From assembly GCA_048882045.1 (NCBI GenBank), contig JBHLRZ010000002.1, positions 32,001 to 96,000 on the forward strand: a stretch of 64,000 nt of DNA. Direction: 5' to 3'. Both the position numbers and the translations under genes were made by a program. This document shows positions 19,146 to 28,583 of the stretch, piece by piece. The stretch is from Candidatus Thorarchaeota archaeon (GTDB taxonomy: Archaea > Asgardarchaeota > Thorarchaeia > Thorarchaeales > Thorarchaeaceae). Each line of letters starts with the position of its first letter. Position 1 is the stretch's first letter. The notes under the pieces are model-generated. The model saw only the letters and a program-made list of their open reading frames with translations, was not told where the DNA came from and searched no databases.

Positions 19146-20207
19146 CTATTGAACTGCTTCATGAGACAGTTCAATTATCTTCTTCATCATTCCAAAGTGA
19201 TCACGAATGCTATACTCTGCAACCTTTGTTGCATTTGATGCAAGCTTTTGAGTAAGAACTGCACGCCTATTGTGTTGAATTGCTATCACTCTATCACTTG
19301 CATAGGCTACTGAAACCGTGAATATGAAAGGATTCCGTCCACCCCGTTTGGATGCTGGTATCATATCAAGAACCTCCAATACTTTGTTTCTTAGAGCGCT
19401 TTCGTACTCCTTTACATTCCACCCTCTTGCTTGTACCTTACTTGCCACTTTTGGGTCGTTCATCAGCATTGATATCACTCTTGGGACATAGTCCTCTGGC
19501 TTTCGGATTTTAGGAGAATATCCGGTCAATGATTTCAGTCTAAGTGCCTCTCTTACAATCGCTCTAACATTAACGCGGTGTCCACATTTTTCGAAGACTT
19601 CAGCTATCTCATCAAGGGTTATTGGTGCCTCATTTTCAAACTCTCTTACAGCCATCAAAAGACACACCGCTATCAACAGTATGTTGTTACTCACTCTATG
19701 AGGCGATTCCGACACCACTTTCTTGTACAGATATGCTGTACGATCCCGGACCTGTTCATTTAGCATAAGAAGTTTGGACACATGGTTCAGTGTCCTGAGA
19801 GCCCGGTATTTCGCCTCGTTCTTTCCAATTCGGATTCTGGTACTATAGATTGTTTTCAGCCGTTTGAACTTCTTCTGCATTCTTCCTGACAATGCTTGGC
19901 CTTGTGCATCTTGGAAATATTTGTCCTTGTGAAAACCAATGTAGCTGCCAAGTCCATCTACGATATGCATTCGATTTCCTAATGATACATAGACACTAGC
20001 ATCAGGAGAGTCGTCATTAGGTCGTTGTCCCATCTGATATGTTGGCAAAACGTACTCTCTTGAAAGTACTAAACCACATTCAGCGCATACTATGTGTCCC
20101 TGACTGGTGATTAGAAAACCACTGCAGTCCGGACAGGATTTCAAACCTATCGTTTGAGATTCACATATTCCATTAGTCAAAACCACACCCATTAAAGAGA
20201 TGTACAA
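19146..20207 (-). CDS. Transcription initiation factor IIB (TFB) family protein, divergent
   Basis: CPDC..VCAECGLV Zn ribbon, cyclin repeats, LTQK..S.ATKVAEYSIR HTH. Confidence 0.8.
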   Translation of the reverse strand: MYISLMGVVLTNGICESQTIGLKSCPDCSGFLITSQGHIVCAECGLVLSREYVLPTYQMGQRPNDDSPDASVYVSLGNRMHIVDGLGSYIGFHKDKYFQDAQGQALSGRMQKKFKRLKTIYSTRIRIGKNEAKYRALRTLNHVSKLLMLNEQVRDRTAYLYKKVVSESPHRVSNNILLIAVCLLMAVREFENEAPITLDEIAEVFEKCGHRVNVRAIVREALRLKSLTGYSPKIRKPEDYVPRVISMLMNDPKVASKVQARGWNVKEYESALRNKVLEVLDMIPASKRGGRNPFIFTVSVAYASDRVIAIQHNRRAVLTQKLASNATKVAEYSIRDHFGMMKKIIELSHEAVQ

Positions 20208-20339
20208 TCACTCCTAACTAACTTTCAGATATTATATATACACTCACACGGACTACTAGTTCATCCGAATGGATTCTTGTCGACATAGAACAGGTCCTGT
20301 CGGCTTGGTCAGAAAGAGATAGCCGAAAGTATTCTCATA

Positions 20340-20705
20340 TCACATAATTGCTAAGAAAAATTTGTCAGAACTAAAAGTGCTAATTTGACTCGTAGTAGGT
20401 TTTCCAAGGGAAAAAATCAGTCTTAGTCCTCCTATAGACCCGATAACTTCCAACCCTTCTTTCAGATTCTTCTTGAATACACCACCTTCCACATAGAGCT
20501 TGGCCTGGTCTCCTTTGGGAATGGACTTTGAATCAATAACAACACTGATCGAATCGTTAGTATTCAGTGTATCACAAAGTGCATCGGGTAATTCCAATGT
20601 GAATGTAGCACCTTCACTTTTCGAAGATACCTTTAACAACTTCAATCTTCTAGTTTCTGTTTCATCAATAGAATCAATGATTGCATCTTTGAGTCGAATC
20701 ACCAT
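20340..20705 (-). CDS. rpo8: RNA polymerase subunit Rpo8/RPB8-like
   Basis: OB-fold size and pattern with signature SIGGLRL (RPB8 SFGGLLM). Confidence 0.7.
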   Translation of the reverse strand: MVIRLKDAIIDSIDETETRRLKLLKVSSKSEGATFTLELPDALCDTLNTNDSISVVIDSKSIPKGDQAKLYVEGGVFKKNLKEGLEVIGSIGGLRLIFSLGKPTTSQISTFSSDKFFLAIM

Positions 20706-20829
20706 TTGAAATACACACTCTATCTTGTTAGACTCTTTGATTGACGGCTAGTCGATGCGAATTAAACCTACCGTTGAAACCATGTGCTGTTTTTTAGGAA
20801 GGAAAATGACAGTCTTTTGGTGTAGATAG

Positions 20830-22641
20830 GTGAAGAAAAGGAAGCGCGCACTAATCCCTATGTCTCTTTTACTCATAACATGTCTTATTGTCCCAGTCAA
20901 TGCCTTCTACTTCAATTTCGAGTACTTTGAAACTGACAAGCTTGTATACGAGGTTGGCGAAACGATAAACATGGTAGCAAAATTGACTGCAGATTTTAGC
21001 CCTGAGGGTTGGTGCTATGTTTCATTTGCCGTAGTTACAGATCTTGGTCCAGCATTTGCTGATGAATATTTTATTTCACCTTCTCCTGATGTTCGTTATC
21101 TGAACTCATCGTATATTATCTCACCAGACCATACTGCTCCGAACATTACCGGAGTCCAGTCATTTGTTCTCTTCAACGTCGAAATATTCGATACTGTTTC
21201 ACAAGGTGCAGGTGATAACATCGAAATCACGATATTACGAGGACAACTAGATGTGGTCCCAGTGTCACTTCTCTCTATTCAGGCTGGGATTGACAGTTCC
21301 CTCATATTCAATGTGGAGAGTGTACACAATAGCGGCATAGTCTATGCCAACGATATGGTCCATCTCCATATAGAAAACGAAAGTTCTCAGACTATTCTTG
21401 ACATTGATACAACAACAAATACAATGGGACAAACAACATTGAACTGGACTGATTCATTTGGGCCTCCAGGATTGTATAATGTTACCATTTCCAGTGTTGG
21501 AAACGAGGATTTCTTGCCTTTCTCAGAATCATTCCAGGTCACTGTTTTACCAGCTCTATCAAACTTGTCTATAGTTTCTGTGCCATCATCAGTTCACTGT
21601 CAATCACCTGATGGAACTTACATAGATCAAGCAGATATTACTGTTGAACACATCAATTTAGACTCAGTCCCTGTTAATGACAGTTTGGTCATTTGGGAAA
21701 CAAGTTTTGGAAGCGGTTTTATGACGAGCCAAGGGGGAGGAGAGTATGCTGCTACTATTCCATTTCAGACTAGTCCAGGGAGTCATTTGGTCAACATCAC
21801 AGCTACCAATCCAAGATATCAAACCGTCCAAAGATCAGTTCTTGTTGATGTCCTTGCCAACACTTTGTTGTTCACACCAACTCAAACTACTTGGAGTATA
21901 ACAAGGGGAATGAATGCTACAATTGGTTTTTTTGTTGAATCCGAAATCGACTGGAATCAATCCGTGCGGATAAAATTCACTGATGAGAACAACGGATTTT
22001 CTTTTGAGTCAGATATCCTTCCTGGATTCACAAGTTATCTCGAAATATCCACTTCGTCTGATTTCTCGGTGGGTACTCACACCTTCAATGTATCCTCTGA
22101 AAGTATCTACTATTCGTTTCAAAACAGTCCCCAAATAGACCTAGAAATAATAGGGTTTCTGGGTATGACAACATCTATTGATTCTGCATTCTATGGAGAA
22201 ACCTTGAACTTGTCTCTCAGCATTCATGATGACGCAAATGATACCGTTGAATTGGTCGATATCTATGTATACTACGGTAACAGTCTATTACCATTCTCGA
22301 TAATTAGTGACGCCAACGTAAGTATACAACAATGCTTTGCTCTTCCTACATGGATTTCTCCTGGTCTACATAACATTACAATCCGAATTGAAAGCGCCTT
22401 CTATCATCAAATAAACCAGACAATTACTGTTCAGGTCTGGATGCGAACAAACATTACAATCGTAATTACGCTCAACCATGAAAGCAGCCATAGTCAAGCG
22501 GTTGATTGGAGAAGTTCATCTGGTTCTATCATTCGTCCTCCTCCTATTTTACTGAGCGGAATGACTTCAGCTGAACCTTCTACTGCTCTTTCTACTTCCC
22601 TTGAAAGTTGTCCAAGATTAAGTTCAGGAACTAATATCTGA
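20830..22641 (+). CDS. Secreted Ig-like/S-layer-type glycoprotein
   Basis: Signal peptide MKKRKRALIPMSLLLITCLIVPVNA, PG.YNVTI/PG.HNITI repeats, many sequons. Confidence 0.75.
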   Translation: MKKRKRALIPMSLLLITCLIVPVNAFYFNFEYFETDKLVYEVGETINMVAKLTADFSPEGWCYVSFAVVTDLGPAFADEYFISPSPDVRYLNSSYIISPDHTAPNITGVQSFVLFNVEIFDTVSQGAGDNIEITILRGQLDVVPVSLLSIQAGIDSSLIFNVESVHNSGIVYANDMVHLHIENESSQTILDIDTTTNTMGQTTLNWTDSFGPPGLYNVTISSVGNEDFLPFSESFQVTVLPALSNLSIVSVPSSVHCQSPDGTYIDQADITVEHINLDSVPVNDSLVIWETSFGSGFMTSQGGGEYAATIPFQTSPGSHLVNITATNPRYQTVQRSVLVDVLANTLLFTPTQTTWSITRGMNATIGFFVESEIDWNQSVRIKFTDENNGFSFESDILPGFTSYLEISTSSDFSVGTHTFNVSSESIYYSFQNSPQIDLEIIGFLGMTTSIDSAFYGETLNLSLSIHDDANDTVELVDIYVYYGNSLLPFSIISDANVSIQQCFALPTWISPGLHNITIRIESAFYHQINQTITVQVWMRTNITIVITLNHESSHSQAVDWRSSSGSIIRPPPILLSGMTSAEPSTALSTSLESCPRLSSGTNI

Positions 22642-23609
22642 TCGACAGATTTTCCCAAACTTTTGACTGCATCATCCGGGAATGGCCATAGAGTCCTTAA
22701 TCTCAAAGATCTATACTTGGATCCAGCACTGCTAGCTAAGAGTTCTTCAACTGAGCGAGAAGTAGAACCATATGATACAATTCCCCATTCAGCTGAAACC
22801 GGTCCAGAAATAAGGTAGTCTTCTATGGCATCCTTAGCATTCCTAATCTTTTCTGAAAGTCTCCTAACCAACTCATCATGAACCTGTGGATCAGCAGTTT
22901 TTCTGAATCCTTGGTTGTTATGAGTAGAACCAGTCACAAGTAGGTCATGACCATCTCCAAATCTAGGCATCAGTGCATGACCTTCTGAATCAACACCTCC
23001 AAAGGGTTGAGTTCCAGATTTAGCAAACCTCCTCTTTACTGTGACATCCAATGTTTGATCAACAACAACTTTCTCCCGAGAGTGTGCGACTACCTCATCG
23101 GACAATAGAATCACTGGATGTCTGAGTCTTTCAGATAGTGAAAAAGCCTTGATTGTCAACTCGTAGGTGTCCTGTGCAGAATTAGGTGCTAGAACTACAC
23201 TTTCATAGTCCCCATGAGACCCCCACCTAGCTTGCATGAAATCGCCTTGAGCAGCCTTGGTGGCTTGTCCAGTACTAGGACCTGCTCTTTGAACATCCAC
23301 TATGACACAGGGTGTTTCAGTCATTATTGCATACCCGATATTTTCCTGCATAAGACTAAACCCTGGCCCGGAAGTGGCGGTCATTGAAAGCTTTCCTCCC
23401 CATGAGCTTCCAATGACAGCAGAAATTGCAGCTATTTCATCTTCCATCTGGAGATATACTCCATCTACTTTGGGGAGTTTTAACGACATTATTTCTGCAA
23501 TTTCTGAAGCAGGTGTAATCGGATAACCTGCAAAAAACCTACATCCCGCAGCAAGGGCCGCTTCCGCACATGCCTGATTTCCCTGCCAAAATCCGATGGT
23601 CTTAGTCAT
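22494..23609 (-). CDS. korA: 2-oxoacid:ferredoxin oxidoreductase alpha subunit
   Basis: GNQACAEAA, AGYPITPASE, QMEDE, TATSGPG, QRAGPSTG, ELNLGQ. Confidence 0.93.
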   Translation of the reverse strand: MTKTIGFWQGNQACAEAALAAGCRFFAGYPITPASEIAEIMSLKLPKVDGVYLQMEDEIAAISAVIGSSWGGKLSMTATSGPGFSLMQENIGYAIMTETPCVIVDVQRAGPSTGQATKAAQGDFMQARWGSHGDYESVVLAPNSAQDTYELTIKAFSLSERLRHPVILLSDEVVAHSREKVVVDQTLDVTVKRRFAKSGTQPFGGVDSEGHALMPRFGDGHDLLVTGSTHNNQGFRKTADPQVHDELVRRLSEKIRNAKDAIEDYLISGPVSAEWGIVSYGSTSRSVEELLASSAGSKYRSLRLRTLWPFPDDAVKSLGKSVDQILVPELNLGQLSREVERAVEGSAEVIPLSKIGGGRMIEPDELLQSTA

Positions 23610-23716
23610 GATTCAGGTCACCAAACTTGCAATGACTAGATGTTCAAGATAAGTATAGTCTTACGGTCCTATTTGCCGATAGTCTTTTATCAAATACCAC
23701 TCGGATGAGTCATACT

Positions 23717-23793
23717 GCGACCGTGGTCTAGCCTGGTTAGGACGGAAGCCTCCCAAGCTTCCAAGCCGGGTTCAAATCCCGGCGGTCGCACCA
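23717..23793 (+). tRNA. tRNA-Gly(CCC)
   Basis: GCGACCG/CGGTCGC acceptor, GAAGC-CTCCCAA-GCTTC anticodon arm, encoded CCA. Confidence 0.96.
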
Positions 23794-23822
23794 CTACATT
23801 GCAGAATTGTTAATCTCAGTGT

Positions 23823-24404
23823 TCAAGAGATGGGTTGAGCAAGGACGCTTGCTCGCATTGCATTTTGAAACAGATATTGGAAGGCTTCTACTATATTATA
23901 ACCCTCTCGTGCAATGCTCATGAACACAGGTACGGAATTTGGGATTTTCAGATGAGTTCTAAGCTGGTCTTCTCCTATTGCTCCTAGGATGTCTTGCTTG
24001 TTTAAACAGACAATTAGTGGGAGTGGTCTTTCCTCTTCTTCTATCATTGACATGAGCTCGTTCCAACTAGCCAAATTCTCATCTTGGAGATGTTCTTGTG
24101 AATCTGCAACAAAGATTACACCATCGGCTCCAACAAGCACGACCTCTCTGGTCGATCTATAGAAGTCTTGACCAGTTGCAGACCAAACATGTGCGTTTAT
24201 CGTCCAGCTATTACTAAGAGAGAATGGAATAGTACCAAAGTCACAGAACATCGTACGGCCCACGGTGTTTTCTATTGACGTGAGTTTCTCAGCATAATCA
24301 AGTGTTGAAAACAACCAACGAATGGAAGTGGTCTTTCCACTCATAGCTGGTCCAAAGAAGACGATTTTCAATCCCACTGTTCGATTTCCATAGTCAATAA
24401 TCAA
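23823..24404 (-). CDS. MglA-family small GTPase
   Basis: KIVFFGPAMSGKTT, GRTMFCDFG, SATGQDFY, NKQD, SIA. Confidence 0.9.
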   Translation of the reverse strand: MIIDYGNRTVGLKIVFFGPAMSGKTTSIRWLFSTLDYAEKLTSIENTVGRTMFCDFGTIPFSLSNSWTINAHVWSATGQDFYRSTREVVLVGADGVIFVADSQEHLQDENLASWNELMSMIEEEERPLPLIVCLNKQDILGAIGEDQLRTHLKIPNSVPVFMSIAREGYNIVEAFQYLFQNAMRASVLAQPIS

Positions 24405-24419
24405 CTTCTAGAATTCCTC

Positions 24420-25340
24420 CTATGTTCCCCACATACTGTCTACCCATGCGCCTAGTCCTGAAAGCGCACCACTTTTTACACAATCAGAGAAGTCCTCATG
24501 CCACTCAGCCCTGATGAACTGGATGAGGGCTGGTAATTCACCACCATCCCATCCAATAGCCTCATAGAGGTTCCTTTCTGTGAGTGTAGTAGATGCACCA
24601 AGTTCCCGTGCTAGACGAATTCGTGATAATAGAGTAACAGCTCTTCTAGCAGCATGAACATAGTTGTTAATCTCCTCCTCGAAGACGTCTTGTGTGAGCT
24701 TTTCAGACTCATCATCAAGTTTCAGTACAGCAGCTAGGATATGCTCGGAAACATTAAGTCCACGAAGGGACTTTGTCAAGAGTCTTCTTATTCTCTCAAG
24801 TGATTGTTTCTTACGGACTAGTATTTTACTCACAATTTTCTTCTCGACCTCAAGACTATTGTTTGAAGTTTTGACAAGGGAGAATGTTATTGATGATGGT
24901 GAATTTACTCTCAAGATTCCACAGTCTCTCGAGTTCTTGAGGATATGTGCTGTGACATCTTGAAGTGTGTTTTCAGTCACTTGAACTCCTAGAACTGTGA
25001 ATCCAATGGGGACAGCCAGTACCCATCCTGCAAAGTATGTGATTCGATCCATTGCAAGTCTAAGATTCCCTGAGAGTCCACAGATGGCAGTTCTACTTAC
25101 CTCATAGTTGTGCTTCTCTTCTTCCCAAACTGAAAGAATCTCAGACTCTGACGTGAAATCTCGCCAAAACACCAATTTATGACGGTGTGGACTGAGAGTA
25201 ATAAGACTCTCAGTGATATCATCTACTAACTCAATATCTTCTCCAGCCACAATCACAGGCATTCGTTCCAAAATTGTGTTTAATAGAATCGGAAACTGAT
25301 CGTCCATTATCTCTATCATTCGCATGATTGAATATGTCAT
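24420..25340 (-). CDS. Hypothetical protein, probable DENN-core-like domain
   Basis: LLNTILERMPVIVAGEDIELVDDITESLITLSPH resembles the cDENN LLERxIIxxS..L..LLYP pattern; fold is inferred. Confidence 0.55.
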   Translation of the reverse strand: MTYSIMRMIEIMDDQFPILLNTILERMPVIVAGEDIELVDDITESLITLSPHRHKLVFWRDFTSESEILSVWEEEKHNYEVSRTAICGLSGNLRLAMDRITYFAGWVLAVPIGFTVLGVQVTENTLQDVTAHILKNSRDCGILRVNSPSSITFSLVKTSNNSLEVEKKIVSKILVRKKQSLERIRRLLTKSLRGLNVSEHILAAVLKLDDESEKLTQDVFEEEINNYVHAARRAVTLLSRIRLARELGASTTLTERNLYEAIGWDGGELPALIQFIRAEWHEDFSDCVKSGALSGLGAWVDSMWGT

Positions 25341-26284
25341 GGTTCTCTCCTCGTTAGCATCAAACCGCCTTCAGAACCCCCGGACAACAACAGTTCCTTC
25401 AAATCATCTGGAACAGCAGGTTTGACCGCTGCAGCTGCTGCCAAGACTCGTCTTACCTCCTCAATGTAGTGTTTCAAGAGTAGTCTCATGAGACCTAGTT
25501 TTTGGCTGTCTTTGTCCACCCACAGACTGAACACACCATTTGGAACAGCATAGATGAAGTGGCGTGTGTCATCAGTTTCACAAAGGACAGTCTGAAGTGA
25601 ACTGTTCCGCAAAGTTCGCACTACTCTTTCTGAGGCATCATGAAGTGCAAAGGACATAGCGGCAAGTCTATCGTTTGTGAAACCTTCCAGTGACACTCGT
25701 ACACCTCCACTCAATGACAAGAACACCGAGCCAATATTGGGAATACAATCATGTACTTGACGTAACAAAGCTCTTAGACTGAGGGCTTGTGAGCGGTCCA
25801 AAGAAATCATTGATCGTGAAACGCCGTATGTAGTGTCCCTTCCCTCTGCCACTGCAAAGCCTTGGAGAACTTGTTGTGTTTCATCTCGGCTGTATGATCG
25901 AAGAGGCGGCAATCTGCCATCCACATGTTCCCTCAGGAGGAATGTGAGTCTAGATAGACTATCTTTCATTTCTATGAACAATGCAGCAAGATTAACCCTT
26001 GGCGCCGTGGTCACAGTTAGAAAATAGTCAGGATCATTTGGAAGCGACGCAAGAAACACCTTGGATGTGTCAGATTCCATAAGCAGATAGTTGAAATCTC
26101 CATGAATGAGTTTAGCAACGCCAAAGATGGCACATGTTGAAGAAGCTACAGCAAAGACTTCATCCTTGCTGAACCATACTCCAGCGCTAGCAACAGGAAG
26201 TCCATCCTTCTGAATTAGGACAACATTTTCAACACCGGTAATAGCCTTAACATTTTGCAGGGTTTCAGTTAATTCGTCGCTCAA
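25337..26284 (-). CDS. Tandem Roadblock/LC7 (MglB-like) domain protein
   Basis: GVENVVLIQKDGLPVASA..VNLAALFIEMK, and a second repeat VFLSLSGG..LAAMSFAL..KLGLMRL. Confidence 0.85.
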   Translation of the reverse strand: MSDELTETLQNVKAITGVENVVLIQKDGLPVASAGVWFSKDEVFAVASSTCAIFGVAKLIHGDFNYLLMESDTSKVFLASLPNDPDYFLTVTTAPRVNLAALFIEMKDSLSRLTFLLREHVDGRLPPLRSYSRDETQQVLQGFAVAEGRDTTYGVSRSMISLDRSQALSLRALLRQVHDCIPNIGSVFLSLSGGVRVSLEGFTNDRLAAMSFALHDASERVVRTLRNSSLQTVLCETDDTRHFIYAVPNGVFSLWVDKDSQKLGLMRLLLKHYIEEVRRVLAAAAAVKPAVPDDLKELLLSGGSEGGLMLTRREP

Positions 26285-26371
26285 GTCCTCAGCCCCGGAC
26301 GGATCGTTGGGTTCACAGTAGAATCCATCTCGTGACTATATAATCACCACACAGATTTTGTGAGGGCTAAA

Positions 26372-27667
26372 TCACATGTGAATAAGGGCTGTATCTGGGA
26401 CCTCTTGGAAGACTGAACGTGCAGCTTTACCTACCTTTATGCGATGCTTATCGAAGGTGTACACTCGAATCACATCTAGATATACCTTCATCATCTCTGC
26501 AATATTGGAGTACTCTGAGAGATTATGAGGGATTTTCTTTCCCTCGATGACTTCAAAGATATTAATTTCCATAGGATCAAGCTGATGTGGATTATAAGGA
26601 ACTGATGGTAAAGTAGGAACATCAACAATGACTTCCTCTTTATCAATACCAGCAATAGAAGCAATTTCCTCCTGAATGCTCTCACGGACTTTGCTCTTAG
26701 TGAGAATCTTGGAAACGAATCTGTCTTGGGTATGGAGTACCTTTTCAAAGGCTGATTTGTAGAGAACTCGTGAGTCAAGGAGGTTCACCATCCTTGTGGC
26801 TTCTGCTGCATCTTCAGACTCGGAAGGATCAATGTTTCGTATCTTAGAGATCAGTGACATGTCATCTAGCTCCAAGAATTCTTCTGGTGACGAAAAACTG
26901 GTAAGATTCAGTACATTGTCTGCAGCATTAATGAGTTTGACTAGCATCACCTCAACGCTTCGCACAGTTTTATGATAGTAGACATTTAGAAACATCTCAT
27001 ATCTTGCTACGAGGAACGACTCAAGGGCTCCCCTAGCAGCAATATCAAATTGCATCTTATACTCTTTCGAAATCTCAATACTATCAATAAGACGATGAAT
27101 ATCAACCAGTCCATAATTGACTCCGCAATAGAAAGAGTCACGAATCAAGTAATCCATTTTATCAGAGTCTATTTGTCCAGCTACAATCCCTGCAATAATT
27201 GAGTCCTTCTTTGTCTTTTGACGTCCTCGGACAAGATCCCCAATACGTTTCTTTGATATACCAGCAGTTTCTATCAAGTCACCAATTTCACTTTTGAGAA
27301 TAATCCACTCCGTAACATCTTCATGGTTCATCTCACGTTTCTCAAGCATGACTTCCTCAAAGACATGACTAAACGGTCCATGTCCAATATCATGAAGTAA
27401 GCCAGCTAGTCGCACTTCTTGGAGATTCTTGCCTCCCAGTCCCATTCGATCTAGGAGCCTCCTGCCACTTAGTCCTGCAAGGTACATCACGCCAATACAG
27501 TGAGCGAATCTTGTATGCTCAGCTGTTGGATAGACAAAGTGTCCACCTGAGAGTTGTTTGATTCTTCGTAATCTCTGATAGGGTTGTGAATTGATTATCT
27601 TGGCCTCAATATCTGTCAGACCGATGAAACCATGAATGGGATCGTTGATTTCCATTGTGAACTTCAT
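26372..27667 (-). CDS. HD-domain phosphohydrolase (SAMHD1/dNTPase-like)
   Basis: DPIHG, QRLRRIKQL, HTRFAH, LLHDIGHGPFSH, DSDKMDYLIRD, VYYHKT. Confidence 0.92.
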   Translation of the reverse strand: MKFTMEINDPIHGFIGLTDIEAKIINSQPYQRLRRIKQLSGGHFVYPTAEHTRFAHCIGVMYLAGLSGRRLLDRMGLGGKNLQEVRLAGLLHDIGHGPFSHVFEEVMLEKREMNHEDVTEWIILKSEIGDLIETAGISKKRIGDLVRGRQKTKKDSIIAGIVAGQIDSDKMDYLIRDSFYCGVNYGLVDIHRLIDSIEISKEYKMQFDIAARGALESFLVARYEMFLNVYYHKTVRSVEVMLVKLINAADNVLNLTSFSSPEEFLELDDMSLISKIRNIDPSESEDAAEATRMVNLLDSRVLYKSAFEKVLHTQDRFVSKILTKSKVRESIQEEIASIAGIDKEEVIVDVPTLPSVPYNPHQLDPMEINIFEVIEGKKIPHNLSEYSNIAEMMKVYLDVIRVYTFDKHRIKVGKAARSVFQEVPDTALIHM

Positions 27668-27693
27668 TGAAAGTCACCTTTATTGGATGATTA

Positions 27694-28437
27694 TTACATC
27701 TGAGGATTAAACTGCCTGATATCACGAATCAATTCCTCAGCAGTTTCAATTTCTGATACACATAGAGGAATGTGAATACTATCAGCTATTTTTACAGCTA
27801 CAGAATCTATCTCTTTTACTCCTTGTAATATGACAACTGCTGGTTTTACTGCAACAGATGTTCCTATCTGACTGGCTTTTATCGCTACCATTGGGGATCT
27901 TCCTGTGGACACATTGGTAAGTATTGCCCCACGTTGAGTTGTACCACCATAGAGACGAAGCAACTGTTGAGGTGTTAGATTCACTATGGCTTTGATGCTG
28001 TCCAGAGCAGTATAACCATAGATGTCTCTATCCAATAGATTCCGGTGAGTGAGTACTTTGCAGTTAAGATGATCCACAAGCAGACGTGCAGGAATTGGGA
28101 CTCCAAATTCACGACTATCAAGAATTGCATCAGAGGCAATCTCTGGTGTAATCAGCTTTTCAAGTGCCATTGCCACCCTTCCTCCGTCGACTGCATCCAT
28201 CTCTATTAGTCCTTCAACAAACCGCTTAATGGTTTCTACACGAGGAGACTTCCTTCTACCACTTTCATAATCACTTATGACTGACGGAGAAACGCTGAGG
28301 TGTTTTGCAAGATTCTTTTGAGAGATATGAAATCGTTCACGCCAACGACGCATAATTGATCCAGGATCGTGTTCAGCAAGGCAAATCTCGCCAGCCATTG
28401 CCTCTGCAAGCCTCCGGAGTGCCTCACTATTGTCCAT
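27694..28437 (-). CDS. XRE-HTH transcriptional regulator (COG1709-like)
   Basis: MAGEI, WRERFHISQKNLA..SPSVISDYESGRRKSP, VSTGRSPMVAIK; start moved to ATG 28437. Confidence 0.88.
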   Translation of the reverse strand: MDNSEALRRLAEAMAGEICLAEHDPGSIMRRWRERFHISQKNLAKHLSVSPSVISDYESGRRKSPRVETIKRFVEGLIEMDAVDGGRVAMALEKLITPEIASDAILDSREFGVPIPARLLVDHLNCKVLTHRNLLDRDIYGYTALDSIKAIVNLTPQQLLRLYGGTTQRGAILTNVSTGRSPMVAIKASQIGTSVAVKPAVVILQGVKEIDSVAVKIADSIHIPLCVSEIETAEELIRDIRQFNPQM

Positions 28438-28583
28438 AGATGGTTGCCCTCGGGAATCGCAGATAAGAGTTGTGTATCCGCCGATTTCAGATTCGTTGAC
28501 TGCCGACTGGCATTTTTGTACCAATATGAACTGTACCGAAGAACTCAAAGAGGGTTCTCAGACCATTCATGTTGTGGCTTTAG

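Noticed and set aside
11325-22641. Integrated conjugative element at tRNA-Glu
   Set aside because: No integrase, relaxase or att duplication; interleaved with core genes.
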